From positions 24,242,001 to 24,306,000 of the forward strand of contig CM119384.1 of assembly GCA_051294905.1 (NCBI GenBank): a DNA stretch of 64,000 bases, given 5' to 3'. Origin of the DNA: Botryllus schlosseri (Eukaryota). This document shows positions 34,584-47,473 of this stretch, piece after piece. The stretch's first letter is position 1, and the number at the start of each line of letters is the position of its first letter. Both the position numbers and the translations under genes were made by a program. Under the pieces are notes generated by a model. That model was given only the letters and a program-made list of their open reading frames with translations, was not told where the DNA came from and did not search any database.

Positions 34584-36677
34584 ATTTATGGGTCAAGGCC
34601 TTTCGTGATACGAGGGCAATTGCAGACAATAGTAGCTTGCCCTCCGCTTCAGATAAGGACCTACAACGGCCTAACCGAAAACGTCAGCCGCCAAAAGATT
34701 TTTTGTCAAGTCGATGTCATCTGATAATCGAGGTATAGCCTACACTGTTATTCTGCCTAATATGTTATACGCAGGAGTGACATATGTATAACTTTCATAC
34801 TTTGTAGATGATGCTGTTCCTTCAAAGAAAAAACGTAATCCATGCAAGTATTCAGACACAAGGCATGCCTATACCAACTTCAAGAGTGCGGTCACCTCCT
34901 GATTCTGGCGATGAAAGTGTGACAAGCAAGAGTGCTCTTGTTAATGATGCTTCAAATGCAAGTTTGCCATCATCAAGTGAGGAGAGTGTTCAAGAACAGC
35001 ATGATCCCAACATTGAATGTAGCGGCCAGTTGCAGGGAATCAACCAATGCAGTAAGCTCCTCACACTTTGATGCATTCTCGAATTTAAGCAATGGAGTCG
35101 CTCTATTTTCCAGACGATCCTTCATTTGTAAGCAATGTTGAACTGCAAAATTCTGACTGTCAACAACAAGGCCTGTCACAAAGTAATGGTAAGTTTATCG
35201 CATATGATCAATCCAGTTTTCTTGAATTCAAATAATTTTTTAGCTCCTCCATGTTCTTCATCAACTCCAACATCTGCACACAGTGACCACTCTATATATT
35301 TCTCTGATGCGTAAAGACATCAAAGACATCAAGTTGCAGATGAACCAGATGATGGACCTCAGCTCCAAGCAGATGAACCAGATGATGGATCTAATTAAAG
35401 GTCACATCATCAACGACTCAAAAAATAAACACAGTACAACAGCCCCAATCTTACTTGAAAATCTTATTGAAAACCCCTGTCAAACCGTATCTCAGCTGGA
35501 ACAACTGGAAAAGAACTTGACTGACGGCGATTGCAAGAAATCTAAACTGGTATGATTTTGTCGATTATCTGAGTACCTAGCCCAGGGGCAGGCAACATAC
35601 GGCCTGCGAAGTGATTTTGTCCGGCCCGCCGACAGTTTTCTGTCCTACATGATAATGCCGCGCCCCAGTTTGCCGAGATTCCCCACTAATTCCTTACTAC
35701 GTCAAATTTTAGTGACTATGTTATTATATTATATGTGTATGCGCAGCGTTGCGAGAGTGGAGCTTACGCGTAAGTTCGTTGAAGCGAGAAGACTTGCATT
35801 ATCGGCATTGACGATGCAATCAAACCTGATTTGGTCTGTGGTAATCATGATTTTTGTCGGCTACAATGGTCAGCAGGCTGATATTTCCTATTTTTGATTC
35901 CGTAACCGCCGACTTATAGCACGGCACATTTCTAGGTTTTTGTAAGGCACCGCTTATGTCAGGGGTGCCAACTCAAAATGGGTTGCAGGCCACTTTTCGA
36001 ATTTGTTAGAGGACGCAGGCCGCATGAATTCTGTATCGAGATTGCCTACATGACAATGTTATTCTCAAATCCACATTGTATTCGCCATTATCGACGAGAA
36101 ATGGCTTTGAATTGACATTGCTGTCGTTGAAATACATTCATTAAATACGATATATTGCTTGTGGATAAATGGACGAATAATGCATCGATTCAGCAATCCG
36201 GTGCCCAAGTACTTAATTTTCCTATATCCGGCCTGCCGACTGGAGAAGTTGCCCACCCTGATCTAACCTCTCGTCAAGATCAACGTTCCATCAAGTTTTT
36301 TGATGTTTATGCAGGCGCGTACCCAGAGGGGGGTTTGGGGGTATAATCGTCATTTATGCATGTACTTTACCATGATGAATTGATGCTATATCAGTGAATT
36401 TGAAAAATATCGAAACCCTACTTATTTTTTGGGCTGATCTAGTTATATTTCATTCTGGTACATACCACTATCGTAAGGCAGAGCCATTTGTATTTTGTAC
36501 TACAGGTATCTGCTCTGAAAGGACTTTACGGTGAACAATTGGCTTCAACGGTCAGAAATATCATGACAAGCATAGCTGTAAAAGATGTGTGGCAATTGTT
36601 CAGCCTAAAAGGTCAAAGAAGCAAAAATGGACAAAAAAGAAGTTTTCAAAATTTTAATCTTTACAAGACTATTACAC
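34584..36677 (+). CDS. Spliced gene encoding a DUF4806-like protein (CACTA accessory ORF); exon limits approximate
   Basis: PCQTVSQLEQLEKNLTDGDCKKSKL|VSALKGLYGEQLASTVRNIMTSIAVKDVWQLFSLKGQRSKNGQKRSFQNFNLYKTIT across a GT-AG intron (~35550-36505); upstream RPNRKRQPPKDF exon. Confidence 0.65.
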
Positions 36678-37566
36678 GTAAGTTGTTACTGATATTACAG
36701 TCGAGATTACAAAACCCTCGATAACAATGTCTTCGAGAGCATTTTTACGGAGTTAAAGTATTTTGCTTTCCCTTCTTGTGAAAGATCATCGCAGCTAAAT
36801 TGCAAATCGTTGCTGACCACACAGCCTTATAAGCCCTCGTTTGAAGCCATCTTCTACTGACATTGCCGACATGGCAAAATCACAAACAAGTGCGTTGATT
36901 GCGCAACTCGGTGTTGAGTCTGGAATGTTTTGAAATACCAATTTTGACACTATGGGGTGATCACATTCGAGAGAGATTGTTACCACTGGCAGAGATTCCG
37001 ATTTGCCGCATTGTTTTGTAATGCAGCCCCTGATCTACTTATATTATCTTTGAAGGAGCATGTAAAGTGGCTAATCCTACGGCCGAGAGTACAACAATTA
37101 CAACCAAAGTGGGACGATTTCCAACTGTTATTGGAGCTTGCAAGGTAATTTTGTTTATGAATCTGACGTCTGTGTGACAGCTGCGTTCTTTATCATATCA
37201 TTTGACAGTAAGTGAATCGTTGCTACCTCCAGGGCCGCTACCATTCATCTTCAGAAAACTATACCAGTGGTTCCCAAACTTTGACGTGATGTAATTTAAA
37301 AAAAAATTATAGTCATTTAATTTTGTCAAAATTGTTGGTCTTGCTTACATAAATTTTTGATCATCTCTTTACACTTGCTCAGATTTAGCGGTGGAACCAA
37401 TGTCTCCAAAAATTGTTTGCCAATAATCCGTCACTCATTTCAAACTCCTTTCAATTCACATTTCTACACGGGAAGCAAGTTCATCATCAACTGGTCGTAT
37501 TCGTACCGCGGGGGGGCTCAGATTACTATTGCCTGACCCATGTTCCCTCTAAGCTGCACTGCGCAC

Positions 37567-38215
37567 TAGGGCTCTTCAAAAATGACTTTTTTTTCTCAAA
37601 TCGTACTGGGTACTTGATAAAATTGTTATTTTACTAAGCCTACACACAAAATTTGGTTCAATTCCAGCCAGTAACCGCTTTGCTACAGGAGAAGTAAGTT
37701 TCTATTTATTATGTAAAAATAAATATCAAAAAATTTTCTGTCCACCCCATGAAAGTATTGGGCTGTCTATAGAAACGATGCTCACCAAATTTGGTTCAAT
37801 TCCAACCAGTGGAAGCGGAGTTATTGCCGTCGGAAAATTTTGATTTGAATAAAATAGTATTTACGGTGAGCACAACTTTAATAAATGAACAAAGAATCGG
37901 TCACCGTAAATACTATTTTATTCAAATCCAAATTTTTCGACAGCAATAACTCCGCTTGCACCGGTTGGAATTGAACCAAATTTGGTGAGCATCGTTTCTA
38001 TAGACAGCCCAACACTTTCATGGGGTGAACAGAAAATTTTCAAATTTTTTATTATTTATTTTACATAATAAATAAAAACTTACTTCTCCTGTAGCAAAGC
38101 AGTTACTGGCTGGAATTGAACCAAATTTTGTGTGTAGGCTTAAATTAGGTAACCTATAAATTTTATCAAGTAGCCAGTACGATTTGAGAAAAAAAGTCAT
38201 TTTTGAAGAGCCCTA
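37567..38215. mobile_element. Foldback hAT MITE, 649 bp, ~310-bp inverted arms
   Basis: TAGGGCTCTTCAAAAATGAC... / ...GTCATTTTTGAAGAGCCCTA; perfect 8-bp TSD ctgcgcac. Confidence 0.92.
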
Positions 38216-39671
38216 CTGCGCACTTGCGCAATTGCGCAGTGCTTAGTTGGTCTCTGCGCACAGAAAAAATCTGAAGTGATGTCATTTTTTTTAGTCGTTA
38301 TGCACTACTGTGAGTTGGTGAGTGTGTGCAGACTTGTCAAAAATTACAGGGAGCATTGGAATTACAGGGAGCATTGGGTCGGCTATTTCGGTGGCGAACA
38401 AGATGCATGGCAAATATGGCTCAATTCCAACGTGTAGATGTCAAATCATTGAGATACAAAATTATGGATTTGAAACTTCGCTGGTATATATATTAGGTAC
38501 ATTTTACAGCTAGCTATAGTATCCCGTTCACCAAAGAAATGTTTGAAGCTGGCCCAGAACGATAACGATGAGTTATACGATCTTCCAGGGCCATCACACT
38601 CCAAACACCCAATTAGAGGAGCTCGACTGAACCCAAAATTACTTTGTTTGTCGTTTGTTGAAGTAGATTTTTGTCGTACACTGCGCGATTTTTTATCCCT
38701 GTCATTTAAATATGATTAGTAAGATAAAAAAAGGTGCTTATAATAGAGAAATATGCAAATTGGTGGTGGCGATTACCACACATTGAAAAGGACTACGACT
38801 CTACTCTGTGGTAAGAGATGGGTCTCAAGAACATTTTCAATCCCGAAAATGGGGCACGGCCAAAAGATGGCTGAGAACCACTGGTTTCTTAGCTTCTATA
38901 TGTTGGAATTAAGCCAAATTTGGCACGCAGAGTTAAATCGACAATTTCGTCGAAGTAGATGGTAAAGTTTGACTTGGCTGTCGCACTCCACCAAGTTCGT
39001 TGAGACTTCCTAAAGACGGTTCGGAATCCTTGGATGAATGTGACTTGACATGACCGTCCCACATGACTCACAAACAAACACATATAATGACTATTGCTCT
39101 ACTGCTAATCAATCAAAGTATTCAATTCATTTATGTTATAGGACGACGATAAAGGAGAAAACATGAGCAAGACTGTTATCGAGGAGGCTGAAGTGATTGC
39201 ACAGTTCTGTATCAAGGCCCAATTCTTGCTAACGTATTTTCTTCATCCATGTTTTTTTAGTGTTTTGTACCGATTTCATACAGAACAGAAAGCCATATAC
39301 ATGCTGATTTTTAAAATTGGCAATTAGTTTTCCTTCTGAACAAAAAGGCCTACCTCTTGCTGCCTATTTCTTGCTAACGTATGTTATGTCAGTGACTATT
39401 ATTTTACCTTCATTCTTCATCCATTTTTATTCCAATTTTTCGTCGAGGTCTAGTCAGTGCATTTTTTTTGTATTTTGAACTGTCTTCGTCGACGTCTAGT
39501 CCAGTGCATTTTTTTTGTATTTTGAACTGGTACAATACAGAACAAAAAGCCATACATGATTTGTAAAACTGATGATTCGTATTCGTTCATGTGTGAAGTG
39601 CAGCATAAAGCAGGTTTAGCCAACCAGGGTTCAGGGTCACACTGGGTCGAATTGTACAAAAAATATCTTAT

Positions 39672-39800
39672 AGGACATCGTTGAGGATGTTTATCAGGAT
39701 ATCTTTGAGGATCTCCATCAGGATATCTTTGAGGATGTTTATCAGGATATCTCTGAGGATGTCTATCAGGATATCTTTGAGGATGTCCTACAGGACATCT
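39672..39800. repeat. 24-bp subterminal tandem repeat (~5.5 copies) of the large CACTA
   Basis: caggatatctttgaggatgtttat units. Confidence 0.9.
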
Positions 39801-39893
39801 TATATATATCCATTTCTGTCGACAAATGTATATATTTTGCACTTCATTGAAGATGTTTAAAAAATATCTTTAATAAGTTTTGTGTTTGCTGGG

Positions 39894-42800
39894 CGCCAGT
39901 CTCGCAAACATCGCACATCCAAACCCCCTCCCCACACCAAAAAGAGGTTGAAGGGGGAGAAATCATAGAAGAGAGCGAGACAGAAAAGGAGAAAGAGGAC
40001 CTCTTTGAAACCGTCTTAAGAGGCGTGATCACCAGAAAGTAGCATCTTAGACCAAACAATAAGACCAGGTCAACAACAAGAAGAAATGGACAGTGAAAAT
40101 AGTGTAAAATCAGATGAAGAAAGATTGCAAATCGTCACCAGCGATGACGGCACGCAACAAAGCAATAACAAAACTGGGGCAACCCCAAAACAAACCGGAC
40201 AAGCCGGGAAAAACCAAACGGCGCACCTGAGAAGCAAATTCGAAAACCGTAACTTTACGGCAAGAGAATTTTTCAGTGCACCATCACCGAATAAAAGAAG
40301 TAGAGAACAGCGTAGTCCGCAAGAAGAAAATGAAGACATGAAGGCCAGGAAGAAACTTGGCTACGAGAAAGAGAAAAACAGATACAGAAACAATACTCCC
40401 CCACCCAAAAAGAAAATGGATATGGACATAATATCAGTCAACGTCAACGGCATGAATGCCCACTGGCAAAAAAATAAAAAACCTTCTCAGAACCGACAAA
40501 AAATGGACAATAGCCTGCATACAGGAAACTCATAGAATGAATCTTGACAAAATAAAAAAGTGGGCCGAAACAAACGGCATGACGTATTACTCAAACCATA
40601 TCGAGGAAAACACTAACTGGGTAGACGCTGAAGAAAACAAAAAACTGTATTTCAAGGGAACCGGAATATTCATAAAAAAACGGAATGCACGAAGATTACA
40701 AGATATCGAACACAATAGTAAAAGAACACAGAATTCAGCACGTCAAATTAACAGATAAAAAAACAGATCAGGCTACTAAGATCTGGAATATTTACGCACC
40801 AGCAGACGTCGGGAGAATACAAACGGAAACATATAAAATACTATCAGAGAGCCTCAGAATCGAGCCACACACAACAATCGTATGCGGTGACGTCAATATC
40901 ATCACCGAAGCAATAGACGTAAAAGACGCAACAAACTTCAAGCTAACACCAGCTGCAAAAATATGGCAAAACTTCATACGGATATACAAATACCGCGATG
41001 TGTGGCGATGGCACAACACCTGGAAAAAACTGTATACAGTTATAAAAACCAGGCAATCAAGAAGAGTCGACCGAATAACCGAATATATGTTTCCAACGAC
41101 CTGATACACAGCAGCAGAACCCAGTATAAGCTAAATACTATAGCGGACCACACATTCTATCAGCGAATAACAGTAAAACAAACAGAACAGGCCAGGTGGG
41201 GGAAAAACTACTGGAAAAACGACACGAGAGTGTACGAAGACAAAGAACTCGAAACGTTAATACAGAAAATACATCATATGTATGTAACAAAAAAACAATG
41301 TAACGAAAAGAAAACCCACTACGAATCTATGTACGAATGGTGGGATTTCTTTAAAAACCAAGCCAAGAGGCAAATAACAAAACACGCAATAACAAAGAGA
41401 AAAGCTTAAGTCAGCAAAATAACAGAGCTAAGAAACATCATAGCGAGAAAACAAGACGAGCAAGACGGCGACAATACGTACGCCGAAATTAAAAAGCTCA
41501 AGGAGATAGAGGAGAAGGAAACCCAATATCAATGCAAGCTCCATAAGTTAAAAGACCTGGAGCAAGGCGAACAGCCGACGAAATACTTCTTTCGGAAACT
41601 AAAACAACGAAAAACAAATAAATCACTAACCGAGTTAGTGAATTGCGAGGGAAAGAAAAGTGAATTGCGAGGGAAAGAAAATAACATCTAAAGAAGAGAT
41701 ACTAGATGAAGTAGAGCAGTTCTATGAAAACCTGTGGAAAAAATTACCACACGAGAGAACCCTGCTCTACAAGACAAATACATAGAGACGATACAACACC
41801 TAAGGATATCAGAAGAAGAAGAGACACAACTAAAAACCGAAATAACCCAATCAGAAATCAAACACACACTACGAGGAATGGAGAACGACAAAACACCGGG
41901 CCCAGACGGCCTCTCCAAAGAATTTTATACAAAATATTGGCATATAATCAAAAAAGACGTAGAGGAACTTCTAAACAACGCATACCTCTTTGGAGGAATA
42001 TGCGGAACGTGGAAAGAAGGAGCCACCACCATACCCTACAAAAAAGGAGACCCAAACCAATTAAAAAATTGGTGTCCAATAACTCTGCTGAATACGGACT
42101 ACAAACTCCTAACCGAAATCCTGTCAAACCGTCTCAAACAGATACTTCCGAAACTGATCCTACCGACGCAGAAATGCGCGGTAGCAAACAGAAAAATAAG
42201 CGATGTGCTTAAAAAAATTCAATCAGTAACGGAGTATGCAGAAGAAAGAAGGAAAGAAGTGCTGATAGTGAACTTGGATCAGCAGAAGGCGTTCGATTTA
42301 GTGAACCATACTTATCTTTACAAAATCCTAGATAACTACGGACTACCAGAGCACTTCACAAGGCTGATCAAGAATATCTATAATACAACCGAAAGTAGAA
42401 TAACAATAAACGGCGCAAAAACAAAACCCATTAGACTAGAAAGAGGGATCCGACAAGGATGCCCCCTCAGCATGGCGCTATATGCAATCACCTGCGACCC
42501 CTAGCGAGAAGCATCACAAAAAATGAAAACATAAGCGGTGTCAGTATAGGAAAGGCGGCAATGAAGTTACAGCAGTATGCGGACGATATGACTGTGTTCA
42601 TCAACAACGAAAAAGAACTACCAACCATATTCAGAGAATTCGAAAAATACGAAATGGCAACCGGACAAAAACTAAACGCCGAAAAAACAGAGATTTTACA
42701 CATCAACCAAAAACAGGGTCATAAAAACGCAAACAAACAATACGAAAGACTCAAAAATACCGAAATCAGGATATTAGGACAAATATACGGGAAAAACCAA

Positions 42801-45660
42801 ACGGCAGAAACCTGGAAAGAAAGAACAGAAAAAAATCCATCGTATCACCAGCGCATACAAAAATCGCCGCCTCACCTGGGTGGGAAAGAAGGCAATACTA
42901 AACAGTATGGTCACAACTAGAGCCCGACCGATTATCGGCTCGCCGATAATATCGAGTCGATATCACACTTGGAAAGAAATATCGGTATCGGCCATTGGAG
43001 GTAAAAAAATATCGGCCATTTTCGTGACGTCACAACATGGTGGTAAGGAGTCAGAGAAGACGTGAGTTCTTCACTGCTTGTCGGTAAATGATAAAAATAA
43101 ATGCCCAAGCTGCATATAGTGCATAAAGGCCAGTGTACGTGGTTGTGTTAAAATATACTTTCACCGTCATGCCCCAACGACTTGACAGGAATCCCCTGCA
43201 TTGATCGATCACCAATGGCAGAGAGCAGCTGGATGGATAGTTGTCTGCAGAAGACTTTTCAATCGATTAGAGAAATGAGAACTTCATTCGTGCTGCACTG
43301 ACCCTCGGGATGATAGAGAAGAACGTTGCGTCAAAGCATTTTCCGTAGATACTGCTGGTGGTGTCTGTGTAAGAAGCTGACAAGCCAAGGCTTGGTACCA
43401 ACAGAGCGAGATTATACCAGTAATGTATGAAGTCATCTATCTGACGGAGGCCTGACGGATACCCTGATAGGAAATATGCAAGCATAGAGTGCAAGAAAAT
43501 CAAGCAGAAGTGGAGTGAAGCCAAACGTTAATACGAAAATGTTTCATTCCATGATGACATGGGCCAATTCTGACAAAAGAGCGTCAAATATTGATCAATT
43601 GATTGTTGAAATGCTGGTCATGGTCAAGGCCCAAGGGGATGGGTGGAACAGTTGCAGACGTGAACAATTTGAGTTGTTTTGTACATTCTCTTCAGCTATT
43701 TATTAATGATGTGCTGAAGGCTCCAGGTGCACTGTCAGAAGAATATCAACACCTGGTGAAACCATTGAAGGGAAGATTCCCTGCAAAGGGAGCGGTGGAA
43801 CCGAAATGATGAAAGATTTCCAATTCTTGCTGTGCCACTAACTATGGTACCAAGTGAAAGGCTGCTCACTGTGTTTAGCACTATATACATCATTTATGAA
43901 GACTACAGAAGTTCACTCCTAGCACAAAGGGGCGAGAAATTGTGCTGAACTGTAATCTGCAACTACTAGACTGGTACTATTGATATATTTTTATAGCCCC
44001 TAGATCATTTATTTCATGTTCAAGCATAGCAATGGCTGTGAAGTTGTTGAAATAGATACTTTTGAGGTGCTAAATATTGGCCTTGAGCTACATTCCATAT
44101 CTTTTGAATATCGGCTGAATATATCGGGGTTATCGGTGAAGGTACTGGATATCGGTTTTATCGGTATCGGCTCAGAAATCCAATATCGGTCGGGCTCTAG
44201 TCACAACGCAGGTAGTATATAACGCCAGGGCAATCCCAATGCCAACACAAACCCAGAAGCAAATTCAATCAACGTGCTTTAAATTCTTGTGGCATCCTGA
44301 AAAAATGGAAAGTATAGCGAGAAGGACCCTGATAGCCGAACCAGAAGAGGGGGGCTCGGCATACCGGACATCGAATCCCGGGTCAAGGCGTGCCAGCTAG
44401 AAAGTCTAGTAGAAATCAAAAAAATGGAGGAGCCCAGCGAGATATGGCACCAACACGCCATATACGAGCTGGGAACAAAAATAAAGAGAGTAAATACAAA
44501 CTTGTACTTCAACTCTGAAAAACACAGATACCCTACCCCAAAAAAGTGGACCGATCAACCAGAACTGATCGAAAAGTTGAAATGGACGGAAGAAGACTGG
44601 GAAAGAGCCAGTCACAAATTCCTCTATAAATAAATTAAAAAACTAAAAGAAAACAGACCAATAGTCTGGACAGAACAGGGGGAAAAAGCCAGATGGGGCT
44701 AAATAGCGAAAACCCGTTTTTATGGAAGAAAACTCGTTACCAACAAGGAAAAAATAGTAAATTACAAAACATCGCTAAACGCCTATATATTTGGAGAAAA
44801 AAAAACGTAGCCGAAACCTAATCACGAACAAAGACGACAAGATCCTGGACTTGACATGCAAATTATGTGGCGATCAGCAAGACAACGCCCATCATGTCCT
44901 AACAGAATGCGCGAACTCACAAAATACATTAAAAAATATAGAAGAAACTCTCGAAAAATACCCAACGAACGACGATATACTCTTCAACCAAGAAACAACA
45001 AATCTAGATTGGGCAATATTATCCATATATAAAAAAGCAGTGATCAACCTCAAACTGAGCCTCGACATAGAAAACAGAAAGATAGGCGACGAAAGATTAG
45101 AGAGGAAGAAAACCAAAAAAGAGACTCGAAATGATAGATTGGGACGACACAGCCAAAAAAACTAGACCAAATAGAAAAAAGGCTACAAACATTAGACGAG
45201 TAAAAGAAACGAGAAGAAAATACAAACTGGGGAGGAGAAAACCTAACATCAACCCCCCTCCAAAAAAAACGGTCACAAACAGAACCACCTTTCCCGTAAA
45301 CGGAAATACAAACACTTTTCAGGTAAACAAAAATACAAACAAGTGCAACCACCGTAAACGGGAAAAAAGGAAAAGAAATATAAAGACCTCAGAACAGCAG
45401 GCCAACCGATACAGCTCCACTCTACGCAAGTAGATAGAGACCCAGCAGAATCGAAGATGGAAAATAAAATGAAAGGAAATAATAGAAAAAGAATAGTTAC
45501 ACTTCAAGTTATCGTTCTACACTTCGTTGAGTAAACAAAAAAAACGAGTAAAATAAAAAAATAAAAAAACTATTTATTCAAATCCCCGAGCGGGAGGTAG
45601 CCCTACAAATAGAGAGGGCTGCCGAACGCCGGCGCTTACGGTGAGCCGGATTAAAAAAAA
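39894..45660 (+). mobile_element. Tx1 element E4, 3' part: ORF1 C-terminus, degenerate ORF2 (~40416-45165), 3' UTR, A8 tail
   Basis: KFENRNFTAREFFSAPSPNKR matches E3 ORF1; ISVNVNG, CIQET, KTPGPDG, LDQQKAFD, GIRQGCPLS, QQYADD; many frameshifts. Confidence 0.92.
42918..44199. mobile_element. Internally deleted hAT element within E4 ORF2
   Basis: TIR TAGAGCCCGACCGAT / ATCGGTCGGGCTCTA; perfect TSD gtcacaac; degenerate dimerisation-like remnant FPILAVPLTMVPSERL. Confidence 0.9.
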
Positions 45661-45779
45661 TATGTATCTTTTTTTTCTCTGGTGCTGAGTGCGCTCGGCT
45701 TTTATCCTACAAATGAATGATATGCGTGCTCCGCTGCGTTTGCTGCGATGTGGGTGAACGGCGGGGGCAATTCCGGGTC

Positions 45780-46062
45780 TCAGTTTATCAGACGTCGCCG
45801 AAGATGTGTATTCGACTCGTTTGTTCGCGAGATCTCTCGATTGGCGGCGCGCGGCGGGGGTGGGGGAGACACGTTGTTGCTCAGCGGGTGTCTGTCAACG
45901 TTATTGCTTGCAAATGACTTGCTGCGGATCGGTGAGCTGCGTCGAACGACATACACCTACACATTACGGTTTGCGGAATGTGCCAAATTAAATCCACGTT
46001 CTTACTTCAGTGGGGATGATGTGAGTTGTATACTCCGACACGTCGAAGCGTACAGGCCGGTC
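45780..46062 (+). repeat. Motif M copy 3 (45780-45832) plus a homologue of the U2 3' flank (11610-11878)
   Basis: ttgctcagcgggtgtctgtca..gttattgcttgcaaa..gacttgctgcggat..ggtgagctgc and tatactccgacacgtc shared between the two loci. Confidence 0.88.
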
Positions 46063-46075
46063 TCTGTGCAGGCCG

Positions 46076-47473
46076 GTCAGGGTCTCCGACGCCTCTGGGA
46101 CTCGGCAAGTCCTCCGGACGACCAGCGCCAACCTTCCACGCGCAACCGCCCGCACAGAGGGGTCAGTGGAATTTGACGGCCTGGAAAAGCCTCAACACAT
46201 CTGCTTCGCAGCAGAGGTTGGGAATCCCCAGACCGCCAGTCGTCAGCCCAGCATGGAAGAAGGGCCGACACGCTCTGTTAGGGAGGCGGAATTCCGCCTT
46301 CACCAACGTGCGGATACGCGCATCCAGGCGACGCAGATCGCTTCGGAAAAACTTGCGGATTCTCAACTGAAAAAGGATTCTTGGAATAACGAACCTCTTC
46401 AGTGCGAGCAGCTTCTAAAATGAGGCGAGATGTGACAGAAAAAGTCTGTCACAATAGGCCTCGAAAGTTTTAAGGGCCTTCTCACCTTTCTCGGTTGCCT
46501 GGTAGCCCATGTTCTTGCCCAGGTATCGCCAGAAAGAGTCACGATTAAGGACCCGGACCTCGCCATCATCGAGGCAGAACGGGGCCGAGTCCACGATCGA
46601 TCGGCTTCCCTTGAACCCCAAGGCAAGAACACGACACTTGGTGGGCTTGAACTTCATACCAGACCACCGAGAAAATTCATCGCACAGATCTAATTGTGCT
46701 TGAAGCTGGACGCGAGATGAAGCACACAGACAGGTGTCATCTGCGTAACCCTGAACTCTGACAGTGACGCCATCCTCTGCAGAAAACCGATAACCGCTGC
46801 TTTGAAGCCCAGCAACGCCACGCAGGAGAATCTCCATGACCAGGTTGAAGGTGATGGCCGATAAAGGGCAGCCTTGACGGACACCTTTCCCCGCTGGAAT
46901 GGGGTCAGTCGGACCAGAGCTGGTCGCGACTGAAAACACGTTAGACGCGTAAATATCGGTCATCGCCTCCACCAGATACTCCGGGGCGTTAAAGTGCTTC
47001 AGGACCTCGATCACGGATCCATGCCAGACGGTACCAAATGCATTGCGGATGTCAAGCCAGGCAAGATAAATATCCTGCCTTGATGACTTGGCATCAGCAA
47101 GCAAGGACTCAAGCACGAACTTGTGCTCGAAGACCCCCTCTCGCGGAACAAACCCCTTTTGTTCCATGGAGATCACATCTCCATCGGATGCCCAGCTCTG
47201 AAGACGGCGAGCGATTACGGACGCGTAGATCTTATACAGCGTCCTGGATAGCGCGATGGGTCTCCAGTTGCCGACGTCTTGCATGTCACCGTCGCGGTCC
47301 TTTGGAATCAGGATTACCCGCGACGAGCGCCACACAAGTGGAATACGTCGGCAACGCCTACAGACTTCGAAAAGCTCAGAGAGGATTTCTCCCTTGGGGT
47401 CTAAGCGTTTCCAAAATCCATAGGTGAGACCATCGGAGCCTGGCGAACTACTGGTGTTTAGAGTCGCCAGCAC
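46076..47473 (-). mobile_element. Utopia copy 2, RT segment (RLE and 3' UTR deleted)
   Basis: Collinear and nearly identical with 13605-15010. Confidence 0.95.

Larger units (their letters stand above)
26066..39893. mobile_element. CACTA/EnSpm-type DNA transposon (13.8 kb with nested inserts), no transposase seen
   Basis: TIR CCCAGCAAACAC / GTGTTTGCTGGG; CG 2-bp TSD; subterminal tandem repeats at both ends; E4 ORF1 resumes at 39894. Confidence 0.88.

Noticed and set aside
26087-39800. 71-, 60-, 24- and 16-bp repeats as CRISPR-like arrays
   Set aside because: They are head-to-tail tandem units without unique spacers, there are no cas genes, and the context is eukaryotic CACTA.
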